Shown here: piece by piece, positions 45,583 through 55,343 of the stretch
Layout: each line of letters opens with the position of its first letter
How positions within the stretch are numbered: the first letter of the stretch is position 1
Origin: Geopsychrobacteraceae bacterium
GTDB taxonomy: Bacteria; Desulfobacterota; Desulfuromonadia; Desulfuromonadales; Geopsychrobacteraceae
DNA: 64,000 bases
Direction: 5' to 3'
NCBI GenBank assembly: GCA_963676795.2
Contig: CAXXTB010000002.1
Location: forward strand, 1,472,001 to 1,536,000
Translations under genes and position numbers: made by a program
Notes under the pieces: generated by a model
What the model saw: the letters and a program-made list of their open reading frames with translations, nothing else
What the model was told of the DNA's origin: nothing
The model's database searches: none

Positions 45583-48564
45583 ATGGCCTGGAGAATTGTC
45601 GTAGGACTGAAACCTCATGTCAAAGACTCTCGCGGCGCGCGCGTACAGCGTGAACTGAAAGAGCACCTGGGGCTGGAGGTTGAGTCTGTACGGACTCTTG
45701 ACGTCTATACTGTTGATGCCGATCTGACCGATGCGCAGATCGAAGAAGCCGCTGCGGGACCATTCTCGGACCCGGTTATTCAGGATTACACCATCAATAA
45801 ACCGCTGGCAAAAGACTTCGATATGCTGATTGAAGTCGGTTTCCGTCCGGGGGTCACCGATAATACGGGACGCACAGCCAAAGAGGCGATTCAGTACCAG
45901 ACCGGCAAGAAGTTTACGGCCAGTGAAGGTGTCTATACCTCAACCCAGTATCTGTTCTGCGGCCTGAAGGACAAAAAGACGGCTGAAATCGTCGCCAGGG
46001 ATTTTCTCGCTAACGGCCTGATCCAGCGCTGGACTGTTCTGAGTGCCTCTGAACTCGATCCGCAGACCGGTGTGCCGGTGACGGTTCCCAGGGTCGTCAG
46101 TGATACGACTCCTGAGGTCAAGGTGATGAATCTCGATATCAGCGACGAAGCGCTGATGGAGATCAGCCGCCAGGGGATGCTCGCCCTGAACCTGGAAGAG
46201 ATGCTCAAGATCAAGGCCCATGTTGCTGACCCGGCTGTTATTGCCAAGCGCCAGAAGATGGGGCTGGGCGATGCCCTGACCGACGTCGAACTGGAAGCTC
46301 TGGCTCAGACCTGGAGCGAGCACTGCAAGCACAAGATCTTCTCCGCTTTAGTTGACTATGAGGATGAGCAGGGGAACAAGCAACAGATCGATTCGTTGTT
46401 TAAGACCTATATCGTCGGCGCGACCAAAAAGATTCGTGAGAATCTTGGCGACAATGACTTCTGTCTGTCGGTCTTCAAGGACAACGCCGGTGTCATCGAG
46501 TTCAACGCTGACTGGAGCGTGGTTTTCAAGGTCGAGACCCACAACTCACCGAGCGCCCTCGACCCTTACGGCGGCGCTCTGACCGGTATCGTCGGGGTTA
46601 ACCGTGACGGCGTTGGTACAGGTATGGGTGCCCGTCTGATCTTCAATACCGACGTCTTCTGTTTCGCTTCGCCGTTCTACGACAAGCCGCTGCCACCACG
46701 GCTGCTTCATCCGCGCCGCATATTTGAAGGTGTTGTCGAAGGGGTTGAGCACGGCGGTAACAAGAGCGGTATCCCGACCGTCAACGGTTCGATCGTCTTT
46801 GACGAGCGCTTCGCCGGCAAGCCGCTGGTTTACTGCGGTACAGCTTCAATCATGCCGCGTAACCTGCATGGTAAACCTTGCCATGAGAAGAAGGTTCAGG
46901 TCGGCGATCATATCGTCATGACCGGCGGCCGGATCGGCAAGGACGGCATCCACGGTGCGACCTTCTCATCCGAAGAGTTGCATGAAGGGTCTCCGGTCAC
47001 CGCTGTCCAGATCGGTGACCCGATCACCCAGCGCAAGATGTTCGATTTTCTCGCTGTCGCCCGGGATCGCGGCCTGTACAGCTCGTTTACCGACAACGGG
47101 GCCGGCGGGTTGTCTTCGTCGGTTGGTGAAATGGCTGAAGATACCGGTGGCTTTGAGATGCACCTCGACCGGGCTCCGCTCAAGTACTCTGGCCTGCGCC
47201 CCTGGGAAATCCTGATTTCCGAAGCGCAGGAGCGGATGACCTTAGCCGTTCCGCCAGCCAGGCTTGCCGAATTTATCTCCCTGGCCAACGAAATGGATGT
47301 CGAGGCGACCGACCTGGGGATCTTTACCGACAGCGGTTATTTCCACTGCCTCTATGAAGGGGAGACGGTTGCTTACCTGGATATGGAATTCCTCCATGCA
47401 GGCGTGCCGCAGATGAAACTGCAAGCCAAGTGGGAGCCGCCGCAAGTCAGCGAACCGCAACTGGCTGAGCCGGGCGACTACAGCGTTCAGCTGCAGGCGC
47501 TGTTGGCCAGACTCAATATCTGTTCCAAGGAGTCGGTCGTTCGCCGCTATGACCACGAAGTTCAGGCCGGTACCGTTATCAAGCCGCTGATCGGGGTCGC
47601 CAACGACGGGCCTTCCGACGCTGCAGTCTTCCGCCCTCTGCTCGACTCTTTCGAAGGGGTGGTCGTCTCCCACGGGATCTGCCCGAACTACAGCGATATC
47701 GATACCTATCACATGATGGCCAGCGCTATCGACGAGGGGCTGCGTAACTATGTCGCCGTCGGTGGTAACATCGATCATGTTGCCGGTCTCGACAACTTCT
47801 GCTGGTGTGACCCGGTCCTCAGCGAGAAAACTCCTGACGGCCCTTACAAGGCGGCCCAGTTGGTGCGTGCCAACCAGGCACTCTACGATTACTGCGTCGC
47901 TTTCGGTGTGCCGCTGATCTCCGGTAAGGATTCGATGAAGAACGATTACCAGATCGGCGACACCAAGATTTCGATACCGCCGACCGTGCTCTTTTCGGTC
48001 ATCGGCAAGATCGATGACAGCCGCAAGGCGGTCTCTATGGACGCCAAGAAACCGGGTGATCTGGTCTACCTGCTTGGCAAGACCTACGATGAACTGGGCG
48101 GTTCCGAGTATTACTCGTCGCGCGGCGAACTCGGCTGCAACGTGCCGAAGGTCGATTCGGCAACGGCGCTGCAGCGCTACCGCACAGTCAATCAGGCTCA
48201 GCGCGACGGCTTGCTTGCCTCCTGTCACGACCTGTCCGATGGTGGTCTCGGCGTCGCCGCGGCAGAAACCGCCTTTGCCGGCGGCTACGGCATGCGCATC
48301 GAGCTGGCCAAGGTCGATACCGAAGGAACCTTGCGTGCCGATACACTGCTGTTCTCAGAATCGCAGAGCCGTCTGCTGGTGACCGTCCGTCCGGATAATC
48401 GTGCTGTGTTCGAGGTCCTGTTTGCCGGCCAAAGCTGTGCGCTGATCGGTGAAATCACCGAAGATCCGACCTTCGTGGTCAATAATGCTCAGGGCGAAGC
48501 GATTATCTCGACCCGGATTGAAGATCTGAAAGAGGCGTGGCAAGCGCCGTTGCGGGAGATGTGA
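45583..48564 (+). CDS. purL: FGAM synthase synthetase subunit PurL with N-terminal PurS-like extension
   Basis: WSEHCKH, KVETHNSPS, DNGAGG, SEAQERM, ISGKDS, HDLSDGG. Confidence 0.95.
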   Translation: MAWRIVVGLKPHVKDSRGARVQRELKEHLGLEVESVRTLDVYTVDADLTDAQIEEAAAGPFSDPVIQDYTINKPLAKDFDMLIEVGFRPGVTDNTGRTAKEAIQYQTGKKFTASEGVYTSTQYLFCGLKDKKTAEIVARDFLANGLIQRWTVLSASELDPQTGVPVTVPRVVSDTTPEVKVMNLDISDEALMEISRQGMLALNLEEMLKIKAHVADPAVIAKRQKMGLGDALTDVELEALAQTWSEHCKHKIFSALVDYEDEQGNKQQIDSLFKTYIVGATKKIRENLGDNDFCLSVFKDNAGVIEFNADWSVVFKVETHNSPSALDPYGGALTGIVGVNRDGVGTGMGARLIFNTDVFCFASPFYDKPLPPRLLHPRRIFEGVVEGVEHGGNKSGIPTVNGSIVFDERFAGKPLVYCGTASIMPRNLHGKPCHEKKVQVGDHIVMTGGRIGKDGIHGATFSSEELHEGSPVTAVQIGDPITQRKMFDFLAVARDRGLYSSFTDNGAGGLSSSVGEMAEDTGGFEMHLDRAPLKYSGLRPWEILISEAQERMTLAVPPARLAEFISLANEMDVEATDLGIFTDSGYFHCLYEGETVAYLDMEFLHAGVPQMKLQAKWEPPQVSEPQLAEPGDYSVQLQALLARLNICSKESVVRRYDHEVQAGTVIKPLIGVANDGPSDAAVFRPLLDSFEGVVVSHGICPNYSDIDTYHMMASAIDEGLRNYVAVGGNIDHVAGLDNFCWCDPVLSEKTPDGPYKAAQLVRANQALYDYCVAFGVPLISGKDSMKNDYQIGDTKISIPPTVLFSVIGKIDDSRKAVSMDAKKPGDLVYLLGKTYDELGGSEYYSSRGELGCNVPKVDSATALQRYRTVNQAQRDGLLASCHDLSDGGLGVAAAETAFAGGYGMRIELAKVDTEGTLRADTLLFSESQSRLLVTVRPDNRAVFEVLFAGQSCALIGEITEDPTFVVNNAQGEAIISTRIEDLKEAWQAPLREM

Positions 48565-48565
48565 T

Positions 48566-49381
48566 ATGTCCAAGACAGTAAAAGCGATTGTCATTGCCGG
48601 TAACGGCACCAACTGTGAGCGCGAGGTCGCCTACGCCTGCGAGCTGGCCGGTGCCAAGGCCGATATCGTGCATATCGCCGAGCTGCTGGCCGGGCGGGTC
48701 AAGCTTGCCGATTACCACTTTCTCAATCTTGCCGGTGGTTTTCTCGACGGCGATGACCTGGGCAGTGCCAAGGCCGGTGCCAACCGCCTGCTTTATGCCT
48801 CGGTCGTCGGTGGTCAGTCCCTGGCCGATCAGCTGAAGCAGTTTGTGGCCGACGGCAAGCTGGTTATGGGCGTCTGTAACGGTTTTCAGCTGCTGGTCAA
48901 GATGGGCCTGCTGCCTGCTCTGGGCGGTAGTCTGCAGCAAACTTGTACCCTGACACACAACGACGGCGGTCGTTTCGAAGACCGCTGGTGCTGGCTGAAG
49001 GTCGATGATGCCTCTCCCTGTGTTTACACCAAGGGGCTCGACAAGCTCTACCTGCCGGTCCGTCACGGCGAAGGAAAATTTGTCGTTGACAGCGAAGAGA
49101 CCCTCGCAGCGCTTGAAGCTCAGCACATGACCGTCGTCAAGTATGCGACACCAACCGGGGAAATCACCCATGATTACCCGGCCAACCCGAACGGCAGTGT
49201 TGCTGCCATCGCAGGGATCTGCGACCCGAGCGGACGGATTTTTGGTCTGATGCCGCACCCGGAAGCCTACATCCACCGTACCCATCATCCGCGCTGGACC
49301 CGCGAGGAACTGCCGGAAGAGGGGATGGGGTTGTGGCTCTATCAGAATGCCGTCCGTTTCATTGAAGCTGAACTGCTCTAG
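48566..49381 (+). CDS. purQ: FGAM synthase glutaminase subunit PurQ
   Basis: GTNCE, GGFLDGD, GVCNGFQ, MPHPE. Confidence 0.95.
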   Translation: MSKTVKAIVIAGNGTNCEREVAYACELAGAKADIVHIAELLAGRVKLADYHFLNLAGGFLDGDDLGSAKAGANRLLYASVVGGQSLADQLKQFVADGKLVMGVCNGFQLLVKMGLLPALGGSLQQTCTLTHNDGGRFEDRWCWLKVDDASPCVYTKGLDKLYLPVRHGEGKFVVDSEETLAALEAQHMTVVKYATPTGEITHDYPANPNGSVAAIAGICDPSGRIFGLMPHPEAYIHRTHHPRWTREELPEEGMGLWLYQNAVRFIEAELL

Positions 49382-49394
49382 GAGTTGATTGTCA

Positions 49395-50804
49395 ATGTTT
49401 GATAAATTGCATGAAGAATGTGGCGTTTTTGGTATCTTCGGTCATCCGGAAGCTGCCAACCTGACTTACCTCGGTCTCTATGCCCTGCAGCATCGCGGCC
49501 AGGAGAGCTGCGGCATCGTAGCCTCCGACGGCTGTCGCCTGAAATCCCACCTGGGGATGGGGCTGGTGGCCGATGTCTTCAAGAGTGACGACATCTTCGA
49601 AGGACTGCCGGGAAAGTCGGCTATCGGTCACGTTCGCTATTCGACAGCCGGCGGTAACGGCCTGCAGAACTGCCAGCCGATCATGGTCAATTATTCCCGT
49701 GGCAGTATCGCGGTCGCTCACAACGGCAACTTGGTCAACGCTCAGGAGATCCGCAACGCTCTCGAGCAGACCGGTTCGATCTTTTCGACCACTGCCGATA
49801 CCGAGACGATCATTCACCTGATCGCGCGCACCCAGTCCGATTCTCTGGTTGAGCGGATTTCCGAATCGCTGAATCAGATCCGCGGTGCCTACAGTCTGGT
49901 CTTTCTGACCGAGACCCGTATGGTTGCCGTACGCGATCCTAACGGTTTCCGTCCGTTGAGTCTCGGCAAGGTCGACGGTGCCATCGTCGTCGCCTCCGAG
50001 TCCTGCGCTTTCGACCTGATCGAGGCCGAATATATTCGTGAGGTTGAGCCGGGTGAGATGATCGTCGTCGACAAGGACGGCATGAAGTCCTATTTCCCGT
50101 TCAGCAAGGAAATTCAGCCGACCCCATGTATCTTCGAATACATCTACTTTGCACGTCCGGACAGCCGCATCTACGACCGCATGGTCTACCCGGTCCGCAA
50201 GGAGTTCGGTCGCGAGCTGGCCCGTCAGTTCCCGGTTGACGCCGACCTGGTCATGGCGGTTCCTGACTCAGGTGTGCCGGCGGCGATGGGCTATGCGGAA
50301 GAATCCGGCCTGCCGTTCGAACTGGGCCTGATCCGCAACCACTATGTCGGGCGGACCTTTATCGAGCCGCAGCAGTCGATCCGTCACTTCGGTGTCAAGT
50401 TGAAGCTCAACCCGGTACGTGAGATCATCCAGGGCAAACGTGTTGTCGTTGTCGATGACTCGATTGTCCGCGGAACGACATCGCGCAAGATCGTCAAGAT
50501 GATCCGTAATGCCGGCGCCAAAGAGGTTCATGTGCGGATTTCCAGTCCGCCGACCAGTTTTCCCTGCTTCTACGGCATCGACACCCCGTCACGTAAAGAG
50601 TTGATTTCGGCATCGCATACGGTTGATGAGATTGCCCGCTATATTACTGCTGATTCGCTTTGCTACCTAGAGAACGAGGGTATGCATCGGGCTGTCCAGC
50701 GCTTTGGTGCCGAGAAGGTTTCCTTCTGTGATGCCTGCTTCAGTGGCAAGTATCCGGTGAAATTTCCGCGACTGAAGGATGACAATCAGCTCGGGTTGTT
50801 TTGA
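49395..50804 (+). CDS. purF: Amidophosphoribosyltransferase
   Basis: Propeptide then ECGVFG, QHRGQE, HVRYST, VDDSIVRGTT. Confidence 0.97.
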   Translation: MFDKLHEECGVFGIFGHPEAANLTYLGLYALQHRGQESCGIVASDGCRLKSHLGMGLVADVFKSDDIFEGLPGKSAIGHVRYSTAGGNGLQNCQPIMVNYSRGSIAVAHNGNLVNAQEIRNALEQTGSIFSTTADTETIIHLIARTQSDSLVERISESLNQIRGAYSLVFLTETRMVAVRDPNGFRPLSLGKVDGAIVVASESCAFDLIEAEYIREVEPGEMIVVDKDGMKSYFPFSKEIQPTPCIFEYIYFARPDSRIYDRMVYPVRKEFGRELARQFPVDADLVMAVPDSGVPAAMGYAEESGLPFELGLIRNHYVGRTFIEPQQSIRHFGVKLKLNPVREIIQGKRVVVVDDSIVRGTTSRKIVKMIRNAGAKEVHVRISSPPTSFPCFYGIDTPSRKELISASHTVDEIARYITADSLCYLENEGMHRAVQRFGAEKVSFCDACFSGKYPVKFPRLKDDNQLGLF

Positions 50805-50850
50805 TATTAGATAGTTAGGTTGAAATCTTAAAGTTATTTCGAGGTTTGAC

Positions 50851-51405
50851 ATGCAGATTAAAGAAGAACTGAAAGCGATTATCAAGGAACTTTCTTACGA
50901 AGAGCGCGAGGTCACTCTGGCCTCGGGACGTAAGAGTAACTTCTATTTCGACGGTAAGCAGACTGCGCTGAACGCGCGTGGCGGCCTGCTGGTTGGTAAA
51001 GCCTTCTGGAGTGTTATCAAGGAACTGGGTGTCCAGATCGACGGTGTCGGTGGCCTGACCCTTGGCGCTGATCCTCTGGCGACCGCAACCTCGATTGCTG
51101 CGCAACTTGAAGGGCAGGATGTGCATGCCTTTATTATCCGCAAGGAGCCAAAAGGGCACGGTACCGGTCAGTGGCTCGAGGGGCGCAAGAACCTGCCGCC
51201 CGGATCCAGGGTTGTCATCGTTGAGGACGTCACCACCACCGGTGGTTCTTCGATGAAGGCTGTCGAGCGTGCCAAGGAAGAAGGGCTCGAAGTCGTCGCC
51301 ATTGTCACCCTGGTCGATCGCGAAGAGGGGGCACGTGAAGCGATTGAAGGGGCAGGCCAGGTGCTGCGCGCTGTTTTCACCAAGAGTGAAATCGTCGGCG
51401 CCTAA
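50851..51405 (+). CDS. pyrE: Orotate phosphoribosyltransferase
   Basis: LASGRKSNFYFD, IRKEPKGHG, VEDVTTTGGS. Confidence 0.95.
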   Translation: MQIKEELKAIIKELSYEEREVTLASGRKSNFYFDGKQTALNARGGLLVGKAFWSVIKELGVQIDGVGGLTLGADPLATATSIAAQLEGQDVHAFIIRKEPKGHGTGQWLEGRKNLPPGSRVVIVEDVTTTGGSSMKAVERAKEEGLEVVAIVTLVDREEGAREAIEGAGQVLRAVFTKSEIVGA

Positions 51406-51434
51406 GCCGACAAAAGCCTATCTGGATATGTATT

Positions 51435-51467
51435 AAAAAATGGCCGGCAGAGTTATCTCTGCCGGCC
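51435..51467. terminator. Terminator-like hairpin after pyrE (T-tract on the minus strand)
   Basis: AAAAAAT-GGCCGGCAGAG-TTAT-CTCTGCCGGCC. Confidence 0.7.
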
Positions 51468-51524
51468 TCAGTTCGTTTCATCTGGTTTTTATCAAAACTC
51501 CGGAACACGGAGTTTTTCCGATTC

Positions 51525-51890
51525 TGCCCATCAGGTGAGCAGGCTCACCGTGGGGCGCGCTGTCAATTGCTGGTGTGATACTACGAAGAGATGAAGGCTG
51601 GATAGCGACAATGTAAAAGAGCGTTTTTGCCTCCTTTTGTCGCTCTGGACAAAAGGAGGGCGCCGTCCGGGGGCGCGACACCGGGCCCTTGATTTTTGCC
51701 TGTTGGATAATTCATAAAATCAAATTCGCCGGTTCTCGCACCGGCTGGCGACATACTTTTTTGAATCGTCAAAAAAGTATGCAAAAAAGCTCTTCTCTAA
51801 TACTGACGTAAGTCGTTCATACCGTTCACTAATAGTTCATACCAGCGAAACGGAAAGCGCCCGATGAGGAGCAGGCTCCTCAAACGGGCA
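51525..51890. repeat. Two diverged copies of a multi-hairpin repeat element in inverted orientation
   Basis: 51617-51686 is homologous to the reverse complement of 51727-51794; GAGCAGGCTC hairpins at ~51537 and ~51869. Confidence 0.7.
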
Positions 51891-51937
51891 ACACCGAATT
51901 AAAATCAATCAAATTCTGACTTCGCCAGCTCCGTCAT

Positions 51938-53557
51938 TTAACTATATGATTTCTTGCGTCCTGGAATCAGCGTGTCGCTGAGGAAGTTGTCATCATCTTT
52001 TTCCAGATAATCGATGGTGTAGTGCAGTCCGCGGCTCTCGTGGCGCTGCAGGGCACTTTCGACAATCAGCTTAGCGACAGTGGTGATGTTGCGCAGTTCG
52101 ATCAGATCGGAGGTCAACAGGAAGTTCCAGTAATATTCGTCGATTTCATGCTGAACCAGGTTGATGCGGCTTAAGGCCCGCTGCAGGCGTTTGGTCGAGC
52201 GGACAATGCCGACATAATTCCACATGCAGCGGCGGATCTCGTCCCAGTTGTGGGCGACGACAACCTCTTCATCGCTGTTGGTCGCTTTACCGCTGTCCCA
52301 GATCGGTATCGGCAGGTTTAGCGCCTCGGGTGACGGATCCAGCTCAATTCTGGCCAGGCAGGTCTGGGCGGCCCACTTGGCAAAGACAATTCCTTCGAGC
52401 AGACTGTTACTGGCCAGGCGGTTGGCGCCATGCAGGCCGGTGCAGGCAACCTCGCCGATGGCAAACAGGTTGCGGATGTTGGTTTCTCCGTTACTGTCGG
52501 TTTTGAGTCCGCCACAGAGATAGTGGGCAGCAGGGACAACCGGGATCGCCTCTTTTGTCATGTCGATGCCAAAGCTCAGGCAGGTCTCGTAGATTGTTGG
52601 AAAGTGATCTTTGATGAAATCGGCACCTTTGTGGGTGATGTCGAGGAACATGCAGTCCTCGCCATACTTCTTCATCTCGCTGTCGATCGCCCTGGCTACG
52701 ATGTCACGCGGAGCGAGATCCTTGAGCTGGTGATACTTGTCCATGAAAGCCTGGCCGTCAGCCCGGCGCAGGATTCCACCTTCACCGCGCACCGCCTCTG
52801 AAATCAGGAATGACTTGGCATGTGGGTGAAAGAGGGTTGTCGGGTGGAACTGCATGAACTCCATATTGGCCACATCGGCTCCGGCCCGCCAGCCAATGGC
52901 GACGCCGTCTCCGGTTGCGATATCGGGATTGCAGGTAAAGAGATAAACCTTGCCTGCGCCTCCGGTTGCCAGGATGGTGAAGCGGGCACCAAAAGTATCG
53001 ACCTGGCCAGTCTGTTTGTCCAGGATATAGGCCCCCAGGCAGCGGTTCTGCTCCAGGTTTTTCCTGCGCAGTTTCGCTTCGGTAATCAGGTCGACTGCAA
53101 TATGGTCTTCATAGAGAGTGATGTTTGGATGAGCAGAAGCCGCTTCAACCAGTGCCCGTTCGATTTCGCGGCCGGTTGCGTCCTTGGCGTGAAGAATCCG
53201 CCTGTGGCTGTGACCGCCTTCCCGGGTCAGGGAATATTTATTATCCTCATTGCGGCTGAACTGGACTCCCCAGTCGATCAGGTTGTGAATCGCTTCCGGA
53301 CCTGCCTTGACAACCTTCTCGACAATCTCCCGGTGGGGGAGGTGGGCTCCGGCGACCATGGTGTCTTCGACATGTGATTCGAAGCTGTCCTCTGCGGAGA
53401 AGACCGTGGCGATGCCACCCTGGGCGAGTTGGGTTGCGGTCACGTCGATGTCGCGTTTTGTGATCAGGGCGACGGTGCCCTGGTCGGCGACCTTCAGGGC
53501 GTAGGAGAGACCGGCGATGCCGCTGCCGATGACCAAAAAGTCGGTGGAAATCTTCAT
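51938..53557 (-). CDS. nadB: L-aspartate oxidase
   Basis: Start MKISTDFLVIGSGIAG; AQGG, EGGHSHRRI, QFHPT, GLHGANRLASNSL, ESRGLH. Confidence 0.96.
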   Translation of the reverse strand: MKISTDFLVIGSGIAGLSYALKVADQGTVALITKRDIDVTATQLAQGGIATVFSAEDSFESHVEDTMVAGAHLPHREIVEKVVKAGPEAIHNLIDWGVQFSRNEDNKYSLTREGGHSHRRILHAKDATGREIERALVEAASAHPNITLYEDHIAVDLITEAKLRRKNLEQNRCLGAYILDKQTGQVDTFGARFTILATGGAGKVYLFTCNPDIATGDGVAIGWRAGADVANMEFMQFHPTTLFHPHAKSFLISEAVRGEGGILRRADGQAFMDKYHQLKDLAPRDIVARAIDSEMKKYGEDCMFLDITHKGADFIKDHFPTIYETCLSFGIDMTKEAIPVVPAAHYLCGGLKTDSNGETNIRNLFAIGEVACTGLHGANRLASNSLLEGIVFAKWAAQTCLARIELDPSPEALNLPIPIWDSGKATNSDEEVVVAHNWDEIRRCMWNYVGIVRSTKRLQRALSRINLVQHEIDEYYWNFLLTSDLIELRNITTVAKLIVESALQRHESRGLHYTIDYLEKDDDNFLSDTLIPGRKKSYS

Positions 53558-53691
53558 GGTATGGATATCCTGCTGTATCAACGAGGAAAAATAAGTGGTC
53601 GGCATTATCGGTTCCGGATGGCTGAATGTCAAGCAACTGTCGGGAAATGTGCAGACTTGACAGGGATTGGTTCTGGAGTTATAAAACTCTC

Positions 53692-54282
53692 ATGATTAGA
53701 TCTCTCAAATATAGTATTGTACTTATCGTCATTGTCTTGCTTATGGCCGCTGTCCAGGATCTGTCCGCAGCGATCTATCGCTATATCGATGAGCAGGGGT
53801 CTGTTCATTTCACCAACGTGCCAACCTCCAGTAAATTCAAGTATTACATCGGTGAGAAGCAGGATTCAGATAATCTTCCTGTGCCATCGATCGACAGACT
53901 GATAGAGGTCAGCGCCCGGCGTTTTCGGCTCGACTCGGCCCTGATCAGGGCGGTTATCAAGGTGGAAAGCGATTTTGATCCCAGTGTTATCTCCAGCAAG
54001 GGGGCGAGGGGGTTGATGCAATTGATGCCGGAGACGGCCCGCGAGGTCGGTGTCCTTGATCCTTTTGACCCGTCGGAAGCGATTCACGGAGGATCGAAGT
54101 ATTTACGCAAAATGCTTGATTCTTTCGATTCAAACCTTGATTATGCTTTGGCTGCTTATAATGCGGGGCCGAATGCTGTGCGTAAATACGGTGGAATTCC
54201 ACCGTATCAGGAAACACAGAATTATGTTAAAAAGGTTCGGCATTATTTTGATTATTACAGTCGTCAAAAGGATTCAATCTGA
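53692..54282 (+). CDS. Lytic transglycosylase (SLT) with N-terminal DUF4124-like domain
   Basis: IYRYIDEQGSVHFTN, VES, GARGLMQLMP, AAYNAG, ETQNYV. Confidence 0.9.
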   Translation: MIRSLKYSIVLIVIVLLMAAVQDLSAAIYRYIDEQGSVHFTNVPTSSKFKYYIGEKQDSDNLPVPSIDRLIEVSARRFRLDSALIRAVIKVESDFDPSVISSKGARGLMQLMPETAREVGVLDPFDPSEAIHGGSKYLRKMLDSFDSNLDYALAAYNAGPNAVRKYGGIPPYQETQNYVKKVRHYFDYYSRQKDSI

Positions 54283-54866
54283 TGTCCCAGTCAAACCTGC
54301 TGAACCTTCCGAATATCCTGACTTTATCGCGTTTGGCCGCAATTCCGGTCGTTGTTCTGCTGCTTCAGTTTGAATCCAAAACAACCTGTCTGTGGGCCGC
54401 GGTTATCTTTACCCTGGCAGCCATTACCGATTGGCTTGATGGCTTCCTGGCCAGGCGGATGGGGATCGTCACGGTCCTCGGCAAGTTTCTCGATCCGTTG
54501 GCCGATAAACTGATTGTCATGGCGGCGCTGATCATGTTGATTCCTCTCGACCGGGTTCCGGCCTGGGCGGTCTTTGTTATTCTGGCACGAGAAATTACGG
54601 TCACCGGAATTCGTTCCATCGCCTCGGCCGAGGGGGTTGTTATTGCGGCGAGTGATCTTGGGAAATATAAGACCACCTTCCAGATGGTTGCAATCATTGC
54701 TCTTTTGCTGCATTACCGCTACTACTGGTTCTTTGGGGTCCAGTCGGATCTGCTCTATCCATCTCTGCACAATACCGGGATCTTTCTCTTTTATATCTCG
54801 CTGATTCTGACAATCTGGTCGGGGGCTGATTACTTCTTCAAGTTTTTCAAAGTCTTTGCTCGTTAA
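54282..54866 (+). CDS. pgsA: CDP-diacylglycerol--glycerol-3-phosphate 3-phosphatidyltransferase
   Basis: NLPNILT, TDWLDGFLAR, GKFLDPLADK. Confidence 0.95.
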   Translation: MSQSNLLNLPNILTLSRLAAIPVVVLLLQFESKTTCLWAAVIFTLAAITDWLDGFLARRMGIVTVLGKFLDPLADKLIVMAALIMLIPLDRVPAWAVFVILAREITVTGIRSIASAEGVVIAASDLGKYKTTFQMVAIIALLLHYRYYWFFGVQSDLLYPSLHNTGIFLFYISLILTIWSGADYFFKFFKVFAR

Positions 54867-54900
54867 TCAACTTGTTGATTTTATTGAGATTTTAAAACTT

Positions 54901-54950
54901 GAAAAAAGAATAAATTTTTATTGACACTCTTCGAAGCGTTTTGCTATACA
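54901..54950 (+). promoter_or_regulatory. Sigma-70 promoter of the tRNA operon
   Basis: AT-rich UP-like region, TTGACA 54921-54926, 18-bp spacer, extended -10 TG-C-TATACA 54945-54950. Confidence 0.75.
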
Positions 54951-54978
54951 TACACCCGCTTCGACGACAGGTCGTTGA

Positions 54979-55053
<75 letters not shown>

Positions 55054-55108
55054 TTTAAATATATCTGTCTCGATCAATCTGGCTGAAAAGCTCCGTAGTG
55101 AAATTTAA

Positions 55109-55183
<75 letters not shown>

Positions 55184-55225
55184 TTTCATTACGATCTAGG
55201 CTAGATGCTTTTGCGCTAACACTCT

Positions 55226-55300
<75 letters not shown>

Positions 55301-55305
55301 TATTC

Positions 55306-55337
55306 AAAAAAAGACCAGCCTCAGCTGGTCTTTTTTT
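55306..55337. terminator. Bidirectional Rho-independent terminator
   Basis: AAAAAAAGACCAGC-CTCA-GCTGGTCTTTTTTT. Confidence 0.92.
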
Positions 55338-55343
55338 GTCGTT

